Below, piece after piece: positions 61,343 to 64,000 of a stretch of DNA of 64,000 bases (positions are counted from its first letter, which is position 1; each line of letters begins with the position of its first letter). Source of the stretch: an uncultured delta proteobacterium (GTDB lineage: Bacteria; Desulfobacterota; Binatia; UBA9968); the NCBI GenBank assembly GCA_963745835.1, contig CAVUZH010000014.1, forward strand, positions 544,001 to 608,000, in the 5' to 3' direction. Both the position numbers and the translations under genes were made by a program. The notes below the pieces were generated by a model. It was given only the letters and a program-made list of their open reading frames with translations. It did no database searches and was not told the origin of the DNA.

Positions 61343-64000
61343 ATGGCCGACAGATCTTCGTTAAGACGGTTACGCTTCGAGTTGAATGGTCAGTGGCGTG
61401 AGGCTGACGTCGAGCCTCAGGTTTTACTTGCCGACTTCATCCGCAATCACCTCGGTCTCAAGGGAACAAGGAAGAGCTGCGAAGTGCAGATTTGCGGCGC
61501 CTGCACTGTGCTGGTGAATGGTAGGCCCGTCAGTTCCTGCATGACTCCTGCATTCGAGATCGATAATAAGTCGGTCATGACCATCGAAGGCTTGGCTCAA
61601 GGCGACAACCTTCATCCGATACAACAGGCGTTTTGGCAGGAAGGCGGATTAGAATGCGGCTACTGCACTCCGGGCATGATTCTGACGGCATATGCGTTGC
61701 TCAGCGAGAACCCGGATCCGAGCGAAGAAGAAATTAAACATTGCGTAAGCGGCAATATCTGCCGTTGTACGGGCTATGTGCCGATCATTGCGGCTATTAA
61801 ACGGGCAGCTTATTTGATGCGATCTGATACCACAGCAATTCTTTCACTGCCGCAATCAGACGAGCGCCGCATCGACGGCCCTGCTAAAGTCCGCGGCGAG
61901 GCAATTTACACAGCCGACCTCGTTCGCCCGGGCATGCTGTACGGCAAAATACTGCGTAGTCCGTTGCCGCATGCGATAATCAAAACCATCGATGTTGCGG
62001 CCGCCGAGAAGCTGCCCGGCGTCGTGACCGTTCTCACCCGCGATGATCTCAAGGACATCAACCCTTACTTCGGCCCGCTGGTCAAGGACCAGGCCATTCT
62101 CGCGTTGGACACAGTACGTTACGAGGGTGATCCGGTTGCGGCGGTCGCGGCCGTCAGTGAGGAGATCGCCGCAGAAGCCCTCGGCCTCATTCACGTCGCC
62201 TACGAAGAGCTCAAACCGCTACTTTCGATCGATGAAGCCTTGGCTGACGATGCGCCAAAAATTCATGAAGTCACCAGCGAACATGGGGAAAAATTCCCGG
62301 GCTACCCGAGTGTCGATGAGGAAACCAAGAAATATCGCAACGTAAGTTTTCATTTCGGTTGGAACAAGGGCGACATTGCACAAGGGTTGGCCGAATCACA
62401 TCGCGTTTTTGACAACTGTTTTTATTTTTCTAAAGTCGCTCACTATTCACTGGAACCGCACATGGTTTTGGCTGAGTGGCGCGACGAGACCGTGACCCTC
62501 TGGAGCTCGACACAACATCCCTTCCTCGTGCAACAAGAAATCGCCGACATGTTCGGCATTGCCAAAGAGAAGGTCCGCATTATCGTCCCCTATGTCGGTG
62601 GCGCCTACGGCAACAAAAACCACACCAAGTTCGAGCCGCTGGCCACTGCGCTGTCGCGCAAGACTCGGCGACCGGTGTATCTCTCGCTTTCCACGGAAGA
62701 TACTTTTCGCACCGTGAGCAAACCGGCCATGCGTGTACGGATAAAAACCGGCGTGAGTCAGGATGGCGTTCTAATTGCGCGAGAGTCGGTCGTTCATGTC
62801 GATGGCGGGGCCTATTCTGATGCCGGACCGCGGGTCACACAGAAGGCGGGTTACCGCGTCCACGGGCCCTATCGTATTCAAAATATCAAATCCGACGCCT
62901 ATACCGTCTACACCAACACGGTACCCGCCGGCGCATTCCGCGGCATGGGGACGCCGCAAGTAGTCTGGGCCTACGAGTCACAGATGGACATGATCGCCGA
63001 CGAGCTGGGTTTGGATCCCGTGGAATTTCGTCTCAAGAATCTTTTGGAGCGAGGTGACGAATTCTCGCCCGGTGACACACCGTTGGATTGCGATTTGAAG
63101 GAGGGCCTGCTGCGTGTCTCTCGAGAGATAGGATGGAGTGAGACACAAGAGCCGGACTGCGGTATCGGTGTGAGTTGCGCCTTGAAAGACGGCGGCGGCA
63201 ACTACAAGATTTCCGAGGCACGAATCGAGATCGACGGCGAGGGTAAAGTAACGCTTTTCGAGGGTACGGTGGAGATCGGCCAGGGATCGAATACGGCGCT
63301 GCGAAAAATTGCCGCCCAGGAACTCGGTCTTGCTGCTGAGAGAATCGAGCTTGCTCCCCTGGACACCTCGCGCACGCCGCTTGACTTCGGCACCTACGCA
63401 AGCAGCGGCACGACTGTTATGGGACTCGCGGTCCAAAGAGCAGCACAGGCCGTTAAAACTCAGCTCATCGATGGCGCCAGAAGCTTGACCGGCCGTCACG
63501 ATGCAAGCTTTGAGCTTGATAATGGTTTCTTGCGTGTCGGTGAGATTGCTGTCAGCTTTCAGGAGGTGGTCCGGCACGTTAAGGGCGCGATGGGAACGAT
63601 GATTGGCGAAGGGCGCTATGAAAGCATTAGAGACAAGAATCTTCTCTTGGGCGCCAAGGCGCCGTTCTGGGAAGTCAGTTGGGGCGCCGCCAAAGTCAAG
63701 GTCGATCGCGTCACGGGTGAGATCAAGATTGTGAAATTCGTCACGATCGCCGACGCCGGTAAGGCGATCAATCCACAACAATGTCACTCGCAGGAAATCG
63801 GCGCGATGGTACAAGGAATCGGTCAAGCGTTTTTTGAGCAGACCCTGTATGAAAACGGCATCATGCTGAATCCCGGTTTAATCAACTACCGCGTCCCTGG
63901 AGTTTATGACCTGCCGGATGAGCTGGTGACGATCTTGTTCGAGAACGGCAACGGACCGGGTCCTTACGGAGTAAAGGGCATTGGCGAGAGCGGTTTGCTT
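61343..64000 (+). CDS. xanthine dehydrogenase/aldehyde oxidoreductase family protein with fused 2x[2Fe-2S] and molybdopterin domains (runs off window)
   Basis: SCEVQICGACTV, ECGYCTPG, NICRCTGY, then in frame RIDGPAKVRG, LRSPLPHA, GGAYGNK, GAFRGMG, EIGQG, GPYGVKGIGE; missing from the ORF track because no stop falls in the window. Confidence 0.92.
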   Translation, partial: MADRSSLRRLRFELNGQWREADVEPQVLLADFIRNHLGLKGTRKSCEVQICGACTVLVNGRPVSSCMTPAFEIDNKSVMTIEGLAQGDNLHPIQQAFWQEGGLECGYCTPGMILTAYALLSENPDPSEEEIKHCVSGNICRCTGYVPIIAAIKRAAYLMRSDTTAILSLPQSDERRIDGPAKVRGEAIYTADLVRPGMLYGKILRSPLPHAIIKTIDVAAAEKLPGVVTVLTRDDLKDINPYFGPLVKDQAILALDTVRYEGDPVAAVAAVSEEIAAEALGLIHVAYEELKPLLSIDEALADDAPKIHEVTSEHGEKFPGYPSVDEETKKYRNVSFHFGWNKGDIAQGLAESHRVFDNCFYFSKVAHYSLEPHMVLAEWRDETVTLWSSTQHPFLVQQEIADMFGIAKEKVRIIVPYVGGAYGNKNHTKFEPLATALSRKTRRPVYLSLSTEDTFRTVSKPAMRVRIKTGVSQDGVLIARESVVHVDGGAYSDAGPRVTQKAGYRVHGPYRIQNIKSDAYTVYTNTVPAGAFRGMGTPQVVWAYESQMDMIADELGLDPVEFRLKNLLERGDEFSPGDTPLDCDLKEGLLRVSREIGWSETQEPDCGIGVSCALKDGGGNYKISEARIEIDGEGKVTLFEGTVEIGQGSNTALRKIAAQELGLAAERIELAPLDTSRTPLDFGTYASSGTTVMGLAVQRAAQAVKTQLIDGARSLTGRHDASFELDNGFLRVGEIAVSFQEVVRHVKGAMGTMIGEGRYESIRDKNLLLGAKAPFWEVSWGAAKVKVDRVTGEIKIVKFVTIADAGKAINPQQCHSQEIGAMVQGIGQAFFEQTLYENGIMLNPGLINYRVPGVYDLPDELVTILFENGNGPGPYGVKGIGESGLL

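Noticed and set aside
62978-63826. 282-aa minus-strand ORF and other ORFs after 61400
   Set aside because: Shadows of the plus-strand molybdoenzyme gene.

Overview
Bacterial chromosomal window in three parts. (1) 1-23.8 kb is a mostly minus-strand housekeeping block: apt, a MetE-II-like gene, nlpD, pcm, a mobA-moaD fusion, tRNA-Pro, merR, ihfA, pheTS, rplT, rpmI, infC, thrS, tRNA-Val, pgsA, hflX, dnaE, guaAB and comM. (2) 24-44 kb and 53-64 kb are accessory catabolic genes: seven solute-binding proteins with no permeases, several hydrolases and oxidoreductases, and a fused 2Fe-2S/molybdopterin enzyme that runs off the window end. This mix suggests a delta-proteobacteria-like soil lineage such as Binatia (inference only). 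(3) 44.66-52.98 kb is an array of about 11 integron gene cassettes bounded by attC sites, with no intact integrase (a CALIN). Two genes that the ORF track splits are better read as selenoproteins: each has an in-frame TGA at a conserved Cys/Sec position followed by a SECIS-like hairpin of matching geometry. One is a MetE-II-like enzyme (H-V-U-R-G-N, versus H-L-C-R-G-N in the paralogue at 668-1822). The other is a GrdB/PrdB-like protein encoded inside an integron cassette. A dispersed MITE-like repeat occurs three times, and one copy appears to supply the start codon of the Sec MetE-like gene. About nine genes past 32 kb carry small frameshifts, which may be decay or long-read errors. All assignments come from reading motifs by eye; no database searches were run.
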